Shown: positions 12,151-24,799 of the stretch, piece by piece
Layout of the letters: every line of letters starts with the position of its first letter
How positions within the stretch are numbered: position 1 is the first letter of the stretch
NCBI GenBank assembly: GCA_051362555.1
Contig: CM120641.1
Span: 12,214,001 to 12,278,000, forward strand
DNA length: 64,000 bases
Origin: Lingula anatina
Lineage: Eukaryota > Animalia > Brachiopoda
Reading direction: 5' to 3'
Notes under the pieces: generated by a model
What the model was told of the DNA's origin: nothing
The model's database searches: none
What the model saw: only the letters and a program-made list of their open reading frames with translations
Position numbers and translations under genes: made by a program

Positions 12151-15100
12151 TGGACATCAACGTGGCTTCACCTTCCCTATCAGCCACAGCACTGTAGAAA
12201 GATCTCCTTTACAGGTCTAGCAGATGACCCTGAGAGTGACAAACAACAGTAACCCCTCGGTCTAAACTCTCATCCCTTTTTGCTAAAGTAATTTGTGTAC
12301 AAATCCGGAATCTTTTTCACAAGAGTATTTCAAAGTCCACATAATATACCCAATCCTTCTCAAGAGTGATCATTCCCGTCTCCAGAGTTTTAGTACTGAT
12401 GTACAATTCATCCTCCTCCTGTTTTACATGAACAAGCAAATATTTCTTGCTTTTCTTCTGTTGTGGTGACGTCTCTGAGTGGTTATACTACATCTCTACA
12501 TTCAAATCATTAATCTTTTATCATCACACACTAGATCTCTGATCAGATAAAGTCAAATGCAACTCATATCATCAATTGACTGTATATGTCATATGGATAC
12601 CTTTTTTCTTTCTCCATAGCCATAGGCTGGACATGACAGTGACAAAATGAAACAAATAGGAAATGGTAAATACAAAATAAACAAAAAGAAATAAATCCAC
12701 TTCCGCAAGGAGATTTTTTTCTGTTAAGTCTCAGTGATCCTCTGGTGCACTTACATCCATCTCTTTGCCCAGAAAGTTTAGCAACAAATGCCATTAACAT
12801 ACATGGCTAGAGAGGTGGGTTTGGGTAAAATGAAGAATATGCAAATATAATTAGCATGGAGAAAGTTTGGCACTTAAATCAATGGATGAGAAGTCAATTT
12901 GACAACATTGTCAAAGATCGAGAAACTGTCACCAATGTCATATCCACCTATCCACCAATTTGAATATCAACTCTTAGACTATATAAAATATCATCTCTCG
13001 GGAAGAATTTCCATGAACAGTATTCAGCCGACATGCATATACACAATGATCTGCTTTCTTTTAAGTCGCTTATATGGCAGAAGTCATCTCTTTTAAATGG
13101 ATAGCTTCTTTGAAGTGGTCCAACCTTTTCAGTCTGGTAATAGGAGCTGTTATAGAATAAAGGTCAAAATCTTTAAACTATAACACCAGTACTAGTATGT
13201 ATATATATATATATATCCCACAGAGATTGATACATAAGAAATACAGGAGTTAAAGGTTCAGCATTTTTCATCGAGACCTGATGATTATACCTCTAGTAAA
13301 TTATTGTGGGATACATATAGTCCTCTTGTATGCAGTTGATATGTGTAGCAAATGTATATCTGTATCCAATCCATATTCCGTAAACTACAGTCTCTGCGTA
13401 AATAGTGTTGTTTTTCCAACTGACTGAATACCAATACAGTTTAGTTTAGAAGCTATAACTTTACAATGTTAAAACAATTGAACTATTGTGGGTGCTGATT
13501 TTTATTTTTGTAATCAGCTTTTAATGATAGCCTAAAAACTCTTTTTGGCCTAAAAAACTGTTTCCATAAGAGGTGCTGTCACCCTTCACCTGTATGACGC
13601 TTAAATACAGCCTTGCATTTCTAATTGGTGTAGCAATCTTCCAGTCACTTTCCCTTGAGCCCTGTTCATGAAGCCACATATACAAAAATTATTCTATGCT
13701 GCTGCAGCCACAGTGCACGTACTGCATTCCATTGGGAATGTCCAACTCCAAGCACAGCAAGGATATTGCTTCCTTGTCAATGAACAGAATTTGTGATGAT
13801 TTGACTTGGCCAGCTCGTCTTCTCCTCTGATCCTAATATCTCTAATGTTAACTATATAATTTCATTTGGTGAAGGAAGAAGTCAGTCCCCGCTGGCTTGA
13901 CTGATGTGCCAGCTGGACACAGGAGACAAAATATGACGGATGAAAATTCACGTTACAGTTGGGTTGCCAACGGTATCATACATATTACTTATCAGTGGAT
14001 GAAATGAGACATTAAAAACCAATTAACTATCTATCAGTTTTTAAGCCACCTAAGTCAGACATTATCTGCTTCTTGAAGCATTTGATGGTACAATATATAA
14101 TATCTGAGGAACGGAGGAAGCCTGGTGCATCATGTATATGCAGCAAATGGCAAGTGAGGTAACCGACAGTAGACTTCATTATTGATAACCACATTAATAC
14201 TACACAGCAGCTGCTGCAGTTGAAATGAAAAAAAAATCATCAAATGAGAGGGAATGAAAAGAAAGAGGTGTTTTAGAGTCCTTTCACTTTAAGATCACAC
14301 AGTGGTTAATGCGTGATGTGTGCCAGTTTTACATAATAAAACACTCATAAAAATTATTCCAAAAAGAATCCCACATAAACAAACTGGGAAGATGTTATTT
14401 GGAAAGCGAAAATAAGCAGAGTTTCTATGCTGTTGTCTTCATAATCTTATGGATGGATGATTTTATAAATGTGATTCACAAATCTTTTGGATGGAGTAAA
14501 ATATGTTGTAGTTAAAACATATTTAACCTTATGTACACTGTTAGCTGCAGTGCTTATGAATGTTGGCAAATGTTAAAAATTGTTTCATACAAACAATGCC
14601 CACGTACACATAATAAAAGCTACCTCTCACTAGCAAACTTACAAATGAGCCAGGCAATCAGAAACCAAAAATCAAATTTACTATCTTCCCTGCACTACTC
14701 AAACACAAATTCCATTATACAACTTGACAGCGCCTTGGAGTGAAGTCAATAACGAGGCCATATTACACCGTACTGAGTTGCTAAAACAAATGTACGGAAA
14801 CAAGCTAAGCAATTGAGCTGCTGCTTTGTACAACAAAATAATGACAAATGTTTCAATATATTCCTTTCACCATTATTACTAGATTTTTTTCAAGAGAGAC
14901 ACATAATAGCCCACTTATTCATTATCCTTTAAAATAACCTTTTTAATGAAACCACTCATATTTGATAAAAACACTTTTAAAAAAGCTCAAGATTGACATT
15001 TTACCTTGATTAAAAACACAGGATGAATGATTCAGTACAGTAACTAAACATGGAGAAAACACAAATAGTCAAAGCCATTATTTATGAAATACATGCAGAA

Positions 15101-16002
15101 AAAATAAACCCTAGTTGTGCCACTATCCTTCATGACGTAAACAACTCCTACTGGGGGATATTTTAATGGTTCGGGTTCATTTATCAATAATTCACATCTG
15201 TCATAATGTCATCATAAAGTCAAAAGTTGTGAACATTTTGTATTCTTAAATTACACAATCTCTATAGCCTCTATGATATGATAGAACCTTGTAGGGTCTC
15301 TCCACCTGACTGGTAAATGACTGCATAAAGAAAACTCAATTACTTCTAATGGCATACAGAAGACCAGACATGAACAGGTCTGAGAAGGTAAAATAAGATA
15401 TCTGAACCTATAATTTCTGTGTCTAAAAATCTCATATTACTATTTAATGATCAGATTAAATAAACAATTTGTTTATGCTTTACAAAACTAAGATGAAGTT
15501 CAGTATATTTTTTTGAAAATATTAAACAGTTTGTTAGTGATCTGACAGCAAATGATTAATGTCCAAAAAAAAGTTTATTCAACTAAATTGTCATTATTTT
15601 TCAATCTTTTTAATGTCATTCTGTGCAACTATGTCATAAATCACATCAGTGACATGAAAATTCTTAGGATTTTAAGCATATAAATTAGACTTTTTCCTCA
15701 AAGCTGACCATTACTTTATTCTCATCCTGATAGCATTTCATACATTTTACACCATCTATGCCACATGTAATTATATATAAATGCAATATCTCCTGAAAGT
15801 TGAGCTGAAATTTGAAAAAAAAATTAAGTTTACTATTTGAATAAAACACACAGAAAGAAGTCAAATGAATAATATTATGTATAAGATAATCATAAAATGT
15901 GAAATAACCATTTTGATGAAAAAATATTTTTTATTATTGCTAAACTAGTATGTGTCTTATACATATTAATAAAAGCTGTTATGAAAAATCTTTACACATT
16001 AA

Positions 16003-16287
16003 AGGGATAATAACTCTTCGTATGACATCTATATTTCACAATAAAAACATTGTGAACAACTCATAAAAATATAATATATATTATTCTGATATCTGAGCTT
16101 CTCTTTAGACCATCTCTTAAGAGATTATAACAAAAAAAAAACAAAACAAACTTTTTAGAAAAAAAAAAAAAACAGGGACTAACTTTGAATGTAAAAATGG
16201 ATTCATTAACCATTTGTAAGTACGGGAAAATTGTTGCTTACTCCAGAAAAATTCATTTTTTGGCCAAAACGAAGAGTTATTATTCCT
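16003..16287. mobile_element. Kolobok-like MITE, copy 1
   Basis: TIRs AGGGATAATAACTCTTCGT...ACGAAGAGTTATTATTCCT flanked by TTAA on both sides; closely similar copy at 22517-22848. Confidence 0.75.
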
Positions 16288-16776
16288 TTAAAAGGAAATA
16301 CAATAACTGTTAACTCATAGTTATCTAAATGCTTTGGCAACCCATGCAAGGCTCTGTACAAGATGCTAAAGAGAGATATGTTAGTTGTCCCAATGATTGT
16401 GACAGCAGAATGCATCAGATGTTCCAGTAAATAATTCCAAATACCATAACATATTCCAGACAGTGATGGTGCTGTCACACTATAGTGCTATCACACAGTA
16501 ATATTAGATCACCAGCATTAAATAAGTAAAAAATCTTTTCAAATAGGGGTATTATGAAGACAATGCTATAATCTGGTTAATAAAGGTATCGTGAGAGTGC
16601 AACTGCAGTTGAGTGAGCAAAAAGGTCTAACCTCCAGGTGTAGATTGTTAATATCTTTGAATAAGTAATCTGCTAAAACAGGAAATCATAATTAATGTGA
16701 AAATAGAAAAAGGAATTCTTATCAAAGAGGAAAACACAAGCAAAGAGAATCCAGCCCAAGAACTGCAGTCCGTTAC

Positions 16777-16857
16777 CTCTCCCCTGTGAGGGCCTCGATG
16801 TAAACTTGTCCAGGTGCTGCCCTACCTGGGGGAGCCTCTGCTCTGCCCATCTGGGAC
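16777..16857 (-). CDS. PDE1: Candidate PDE1 cassette exon (R)SQMGRAEAPPGRAAPGQVYIEALTGE(R)
   Basis: 81 nt (27 codons), symmetric phase 2-2. TACTAAT branch point, pyrimidine tract and AG acceptor; GAG|gtaacg donor; GC-rich island in an AT-rich intron. Confidence 0.72.
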
Positions 16858-18684
16858 CTATTGGCAAGGAAGACACATATATTAGTAAGCGAAGCCAACT
16901 GGGGTTTATTTCTCATTTGGTCTTTTACAACCCAAAGGTAACCAACACCATGGTCAAGTTATCACATTTAAGTATAATGGTTACATGTATAAAGCCCCAA
17001 CTTGGTATATTTGTTATAGTAAGGATAACAAAAGAAGAAAGATGCACATATGTATCTGGTATTTATGCACATATAACAAATATAAACTGTAAACAATGCC
17101 GTTAAGAAGATGCATCATCACCACCACTGAAAAAAAGACTTGGAAACTATCATTTTAATATTGAAGCGGTTCATGCAATTATGCCATTCATAATTAATTG
17201 TCAAATGCATGGCATGAAACTGCATGGTGGCAAACATATCAAACACTGCATAATTCAGTACAGTTGTGAATTAAACAACAAATTTAAATAGAACATTTCA
17301 AGGAATCGAACACTATGGAAATGTTACTGACTCAGTATAACACTGTATTGTATTCATCATCATCTCATGCAGGAGAATTCACATTCCATATGCAGCAATT
17401 ATGTCATGTCAGGCTACAACTGACACTGGCATTCAGGGAAACTAAACATGACATGCATACGGAATATAGTTCATTGACTTCAAAATGCAAACTGAACTAT
17501 CTTCTTTGACTGTATATAGATATATGCTAGCTGTTAGTCACACCATTCTACACACTATAGACTAAAAGTATATATAGTGTAATTTCATCTCAGTAGACAG
17601 CTGCTCAAACTTCTTTAACTATTTATAATAGACCACAGTTATTCATCTTAATAAGTTAAGGTATAAAAAAAGTTTAGAAAAACCGCTGATGAGCACCTGC
17701 AATTAAAATAAAACACACCTAAAATCATAAAAATATGATAATTAATATGATAATATTGACAATATGCTTATGAAGAACACATCATGAAGAAATTGCCTGT
17801 AGTCAGAGTGAACAGTGCCTTCCTTCACACCCTTTGGCTGAGATCACAGGAAATTACTACAGTCTGGGCGTGCATCAATCTGTTGTATGCCAGATCGATG
17901 TTTTTCATCACCCAGTGTTAGTAGACAGTGATGCATCACAATTTTTTATAACAACCATAATGTTTCCTTATTTGAATATCAAAGCAAAGCTCTACACACA
18001 CACTTAATGCTATATAATAATTGAGAGTAGCTGGATTTCTAATGATTGTATCAATTCCATTTAAATTAAAATTAAGTTAAAATAAAGTTCTACACAACAA
18101 CCAGATGCAAACAGGTATGCATTATTAAAATTTGTTTTGCAATACCCATACATCTAAAATAATTACAACTAAAATAAAAGATGCACAAGCTTTATCTTTA
18201 GCTGCCTTTTGCAATGATTACATGGTACTCATAACTTCAAAACATATATTCTATATACCAGGAATATATACTACATTCCTGCGATGCATATTGCTCATTC
18301 CTGGAACATATTCCCAACTCTATGACTACTGGTACTTGGTATATATCCCTTAATCTAAAAATATATAAACCCCTGTTTAGGAATATGTTCCTCCTTCCAA
18401 TATGACAATCTACATAAGGATAAGTAAATCAAACTATCATTGCAGTTTTAATAATAATTTGCACAGTATCATTCAACTTTTATAACCATTTCACATTCCA
18501 GAATTATAATTTCACACTCAATACCATCTTACGGTAGAAGCAACAAACAAATAAGCATAAATAAAGTTTACATCTAGAGTCAAGAATCTCAACGATGAAA
18601 CAAAAAGCAACCCAAAAGGAGTGCGAGCAGAACTAGCAAGCAGTCAGACAAGCAGGCAAGCAGATATGCAAATTAGAATAGAAC

Positions 18685-18783
18685 CTTTTACTAGTGGAGC
18701 CAGGGGTTCCTCCAGTGGTGATCAAAGTTGAGGAGTGGTCACTGCATGCACGGTCCACGGCACGGTCACATGTTATAATAGGC
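18685..18783 (-). CDS. PDE1: Candidate PDE1 cassette exon (R)PIITCDRAVDRACSDHSSTLITTGGTPGSTSK(R)
   Basis: 99 nt (33 codons), symmetric phase 2-2, strong acceptor tcttttttatcccacag, weak donor AAG|gttcta, GC-rich and open in the required frame. Confidence 0.62.
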
Positions 18784-19834
18784 CTGTGGGATAAAAAAGA
18801 GTGGCTCATGCATCATAGGGCAACCATTAAGCCAAGTGATCTCACATAAAGCAGATAGAAATGCTACTGCTCAACATTCAGGGTGCAGCTTGGGCAAAGT
18901 ACCCAGATTTGAAAAATGATTACTAGAGGGCTCTGCTAAGAACCTGGTTGGTGCTGAACAGACTGTAGATGGCACTGTGATCATGATGATGCACAGCTGG
19001 AAAGCAGTTACATTGACATGATACCTACTACCAGTTGAGTACATGTATTCAATTTGAAGGAAAAAAATTGAAAGCTCCAAATTAAAAAGCTATACACAAT
19101 TATGAAGAAAATAACGTCAAAGGCATCACATGAATTGTGCTAAGTGTTTGTTCACAACAACGTAGTCAAAAGACACAGGGGTTGTATAGGTAGCTGCATT
19201 TTTTAAATTAGGCAGCATAAAAGCAATAAATAGGATTTATGATTTGGGACAATCCAGTACATAAAAGAAAAAGGAAAAAATCACTTTGAAAGTGTGCTTC
19301 TAAATGTACGTATTTAGAGCTATTTTTGATAATATATACACTATTAAAGAGCAGCGTAATGTTTCAGTCAACATGTCTAAATGAAAATCATACATCATAA
19401 TTAATTGGAATTAATTACTGCTTTGTCCTCATTATCAAGAGAGATTTCACGCAGCACTAATCTCATCTTAATGTATATCATTTATCAATTCACAATACCC
19501 AAAAGCAAAAATTAAGCTTTGATGAAAAAAATTACATTAAGAACAACTCACTCTTTTCTTTGTTGAAGATATGGGACATTTATTTCTATAAGAATTATTC
19601 TGGATTTTTCAAATCAGACAACATTCATACATGTAAAATGAACAAACCCATACTCCTTAGTCAGCTTCTGATTCAAAATTATGCTGATGATATATACATG
19701 TATGGTGTGTTTGGAATTCTTCATATTAAGAAACCTACATTTCTCTGTAGGGAAAGAAGAAATATTAATGCCCACTTTGCCATGCTACAGTTCATAATTG
19801 CTAATTAAAGCATTAAAATCAGACCAATGCAAAA

Positions 19835-19871
<37 letters not shown>

Positions 19872-22516
19872 TGTCACATACAAAAGAAAATGCAAATTCA
19901 AAATTGGAATAAAGTGAAAGTATGAATCTTTATGTGTTTATGTATTGCAACCACTATTTATTTGCTAAAAGATATGTTATTTGTTGTTTAAATGATACAG
20001 CAGAGCAATGCAGGATGAGGGTACATTTTCATATACAAAAGAGGATGTTTCTAAAGCATCATATCTGTAATGAAGGTACTGGTAATTGTATCCACATATG
20101 TATACAGTCTCTGAACAGTAAAACACGAAAACAGATTTCTCTTTATGTATTTATCCCCAGTATGTCATGGATGATGACTTGTAATGGACAGGCATGTCAC
20201 AGTAGATTTAAAATTCATGGACCACATCATAACAAATACAAAATTGATAAAAACTGACATGAATGTTGACACAGAATAGTTATTCTATAATATTTCAATG
20301 AATCAATGGACAAATGACATGCCTATAAGAATCCAGTACAGCCCAATATGTGCAAAGTTCATTGGCCCAAACGTTTTCGAGTCAGATGGTTCACTTGTTT
20401 ATGTTCTTTGATCATTAATTATATATTTTAAGAAGTTGTAATTATAAACTTAAAAGGCAATTGCTATCTAAGAACAAGAATATAGGGGCCATTCACACTA
20501 GCAAGTTAACTGCAGTCCAGTAGACCCTGATAGAATTGCAGTTGAATAAACCCAGTTTCTTTGCGTTCACACTAATTTGGCAGCAATCGCCTTTCACCAA
20601 TCATACTTCCTGTTAAGAATGCATATTGTTCTCATCAAAAAGTAACATGAACAACATGGCAGGAGTTTGAGTAGCAATAAATGTTATGCTGTACAAAATC
20701 TTAAATTTACTCATGTCGAGAAATATTTTCATGAGAACTGCGTAGTCTGTTCAGATTATAAAAGTTAACTCTGTCAGGACTGTGATCAGACATTAATGGC
20801 AGTAGAAATTGCCAGTGTGAATAGCTTTATTGTCTCTCTCTCTAAGTCACTTTCTAGCCAATAAATCTTCGGACAAAAAAAAAAAAAAGGACAGATGACA
20901 TTTTGCCATTTTCTGGCCAAGACCCTTTGGACTGTTGAGACAGATTTGTCAGAAAAAACAATGAATAACAAGTTATCATCATCACAATTGATATATTATT
21001 TAATTAGAGTACAAAATATGTAAAGAATTTCAACTTTTTTCCAAAAAAAATGTTCATATTATGAGAATATATTACTTTTTCTATCAAGGTTTTTCAACCT
21101 CTATCTATTCATTATAACCTCTTCTTTCATAAACAACATTGCTCATTATGTCTTATAAGGAAGAGGGACACATAAATAAATAATTACGGAAAATGAAAAC
21201 CAAGCAAACAACAGTCAATTCAATATCTAAAAGTTAGCCAGGGGCTGAGACAGAGCTTCCCGAACAAGAATAGCTGCATTATAATCAAAGAAATGTTGCA
21301 TGTGTTCACCATCTATGTATTTTAGGTTAAATTATACTGCACATTAATGGAAATATGTGTGGTAATTAGGTGTTAAGTCTAGCAGACTGTGCTGCAGGCG
21401 GCCGTGGTTTACTGCTTTGTTGATTCCATATGAAGTGAGGTTATCCAAGAAGTGCAATTTCTGTGCTGAAAACTACTAGAAGCACACGCACAATGCAATA
21501 TCCCCAGTCAATTATATCTTGATGCTGAAGTAATGCATTGTTTGCTGGCAAATATTCACCAGTGGGTTCTTCTCTAACATTTTTCTTCCATTTAAAATTC
21601 TTCAAGAAATTCAAAGACTACCCTTTTGGTTAATTTAGATACCAATAACATTTTTCATTTTACAACTTTCTTATATTTTTATATATTTGTAATAAAGCCA
21701 TTTAGATTGAAGACAGCATTACATACCAGAATAATTATCCTTTGGTAAATATCAAAGGTTTTTATATAATAAAATCTACATATCGAAAATACATGATATA
21801 GTACAGTGGTGGAATAAAATATCCAAATCGTTTAGGCTTTTAGCTTTTTGTTTCATACATGGTGCTACCTATCACCACATATTAAAATTGTCAATATACC
21901 TGTAGCACTAAACCATCAAGAGCTGACATTTTTTTACAAAAAATGCAAATATCTTCATTCAAACATATATTTTTTAATAGACTGATTTGACATTTTTTTC
22001 CACCACTGTCTCCAATGAATAAATAAACCAACCTATAATTACACAAACATGACCTTTCATGGGGCACCAGGTGTGTCTGTATTTGGAAAACTAGACTTTG
22101 ATTCCCATGGAAAAAAGAAGTTACAGCTTCTATTACATAAACTCTACAGTGCATTACAGCTGCATTTACACAGGGGAAAGAAGTAACGCTAAAACTAATC
22201 AAAATGAAATTTACTTTAGAAACTTTAGAATGAACTTCAAACAATTTTTTTCAAAATGTAATCTATACAAGTTACAATATGATGTTATGCACTTAATAAA
22301 TTGAGATAATTTAACATTTAAACCTCTAAAGGAGTTTTCAAAACATTAAAAAATGTTTAGACCAACTGTCCAGTATTTACTACATGTAGTAACACACTAG
22401 CTTTAAGAGGCATTACAAATAGTGTAGGTAGTTATATCATAGTCAGAAATATGTGAAATTAGCCAAAGTTACTCAAATAAAACTTGATGATCATTTGACA
22501 TTTGTTAAGTTCTTAT

Positions 22517-22848
22517 AGGGATAATAACTCTTCGTATGAGATCTATATTTCACAATAAAAACATTGTAAACAACTCATAGAAATATAAAATATTCTGTTT
22601 TACCACAAAAACGGCAGTTATAGCTATTTTTTCTGATATCTGAGCTTGTCATTGGACCACGTGACCTCCATGGCTATACTCTGTAATAATCTTTAAAGAG
22701 ATTATAACAAAAAAAAAAATTTTTAGAAAAAAACAGGGACTAACTTTGAATGTAGAAATGGATTCATTAACCATTGGTAAGTATGAGAAAATTGTTGTTT
22801 ACTCCAGGAAAATTAATTTTTTGTCCAAAACGAACAGTTATTATCCCT
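22517..22848. mobile_element. Kolobok-like MITE, copy 2
   Basis: Same TIRs and body as 16003-16287, with extra internal segments; TTAA on the right flank. Confidence 0.75.
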
Positions 22849-23702
22849 TTAAAAGATGAGAGCACATAAAATGTATAAGAATGTGAAGAGGTCATATAAT
22901 TTTATATGCCCTATTTATATCTAAATCTAAAAATTTGGACTCAGGCATGTGTAAATAGATTAATATTTAAATATATCGAATATAGTGTCAGAAATACATG
23001 CCTCACAAGAAGTACAACTGGGGTGTTATTAAGATTGATGCCCCATGAAAAGTGACTTGAACTTAAAATCCCTACTGACTTTTAATGGTTTTGCCGTTTC
23101 AGAATTGTACAATATTTCAGAAGTTAGTTCATCCCCTGTGAAGATGAATCTTTGCCCTTTTAATTCTAGTTGCATCTGGTTCCAAAAAGGTTTTAATGTC
23201 AAGTGCCTAATATCTAGTCCACTTTTATGTTTCATAAGTATCATATTGTAGTGGGATATATGGATCTGGGATGTATATGGTAAAGCTGATTTTAATGCAC
23301 TGTGTATGTAGACATCATGCAAAAATTAAAAAATAAATAAATAAATAAATAAAAACAAAAGAACAATGCAGTAAATAGCCAGACAAAAACAATAAACATA
23401 AACTGAGTATTTTCATAGGACAAAAATGATTCATATTTGATAAATGTACAGAGTAAAATTTTGCTTAAAATAACTAAGTATTCGGAGATAAGAGGATTAA
23501 CAATACACATAACTTTTCATTTAGATATTTCCAAATATTTCTTTATGCATTTTATACAAAATTAAACAATAATCTATGCTGAATTAAAAATAAATTAACT
23601 TCTGACACAGAAAATTACACAAAAATTTACCCAGCAAGCCTACTTAAGTACCAGAAATAACCTGATGAGGTTCGCTGTGCTTCAAACTGACACCTTTCTT
23701 CT

Positions 23703-23805
23703 TGTCACAAAATGTGGTTCACCTGTCTTTTTACCTTGACTATCCAGCCTCTGTCACAAAATGCGGTTCACCTGTCTTTCTACCTTGACCATCCAGCCTC
23801 TGTCA
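23703..23805. repeat. 49-bp tandem duplication (about 2.1 copies)
   Basis: tgtcacaaaatg.ggttcacctgtcttt.taccttgac.atccagcctc occurs twice. Confidence 0.92.
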
Positions 23806-23887
23806 TCTAGGTGGACCTATTTTTATACACGAACAAAAGTTCAAGTGATTAAAATAAACTGCATGCTAAAAATTACTGAAATCCTAC

Positions 23888-24001
23888 CTGGTTTCATCAA
23901 TGTACACTGTTTCCAGGACTGAAGCAGCATACTCCAGGTTGCGCTTTAAATCCTCTTTAGACAATTCTTCATGATCAAGTTTCTTTAGAATATGACGTAA
24001 C
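23888..24001 (-). CDS. PDE1: PDE1 shared exon (R)LRHILKKLDHEELSKEDLKRNLEYAASVLETVYIDET(R)
   Basis: 114 nt, tctttcag acceptor and CAG|gtagga donor, phase 2 to 2. Matches PDE1 LR.LVKQL...DLKKNLEYAA.VLE.VYIDETR. Not in the ORF track. Confidence 0.96.
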
Positions 24002-24755
24002 CTGAAAGATAATGAAAATAGATTTTGTCATCACAAAAAGATGTGATTACTAATATCAAATCATCCCATCAAAGAATAATGCCTTGTGCAAGGTACATGG
24101 CAGTTATATTGACTCCAATGTACCATAATACTGTAACTTATAAAAGCAATTTTATAATATATCAAAATAAAATGATTTTTAACTTAAGTGTGTCACATTG
24201 CAACCATCAATACTGTGTCTTTTCTAAGGAAAAATCTAAAATCTCCAAAATGTTCAATCACACAGAAAAAGTTCTTAACAGCTGATAAGATATATACTTG
24301 GAACAATCAAAATTGATCCAGAAAATGTGTTTAGATACATTTTTTTGAATGAATGCAAAACATGAAAGTGAACCAGGCATAAAGAAAAAAGATACGAAAA
24401 TAGGATATCAAAATCCATTTCAGTGGAGCATTCTGTGCCAATAAATCTTTAGAACTTCCTGATACTAATTTTGCAAAAATTATTCCTAGCCCTTTTGAGT
24501 ATCTATCATTATATATATTTAAACTTAACTAAGACAATAGGGAAGATATTATGTTACGTTGTGGTACCATGGTTAGTAAATACATAATAAAATATGCAAT
24601 TAGAAGACCCTATCTATCAACTGAACAGTCAAAACAATAAAAACCCTTCTGCAAAATTGATATTGTTGTCAAAAAAGCCTCTGTCTCACTTTAAGATCCT
24701 CCCTATTTTATCTGGGATCGTGGGACTCTCAAATTTGTCATGATAGAACCCCTAC

Positions 24756-24799
24756 CTTCTTACACAATAACCATGATGCATTCTGATCACTTGGTCCAT
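24756..24799 (-). CDS. PDE1: Candidate alternative first coding exon MDQVIRMHHGYCVR(R)
   Basis: gtcaagATGG start context with an upstream in-frame stop; AAG|gtaggg phase-2 donor restores the conserved Arg of R-LR. Confidence 0.5.

Noticed and set aside
13793-13904. RTGATGA...CTGA pattern suggesting an intronic C/D snoRNA
   Set aside because: No terminal stem or recognisable rRNA/snRNA guide; these short motifs are expected by chance.
18943-18996. Exon-like segment ttccag|CTGTGCATC...ACCAG|gttctt
   Set aside because: Contains a stop in the phase-2 reading and has a weak donor; not supportable as a coding cassette.
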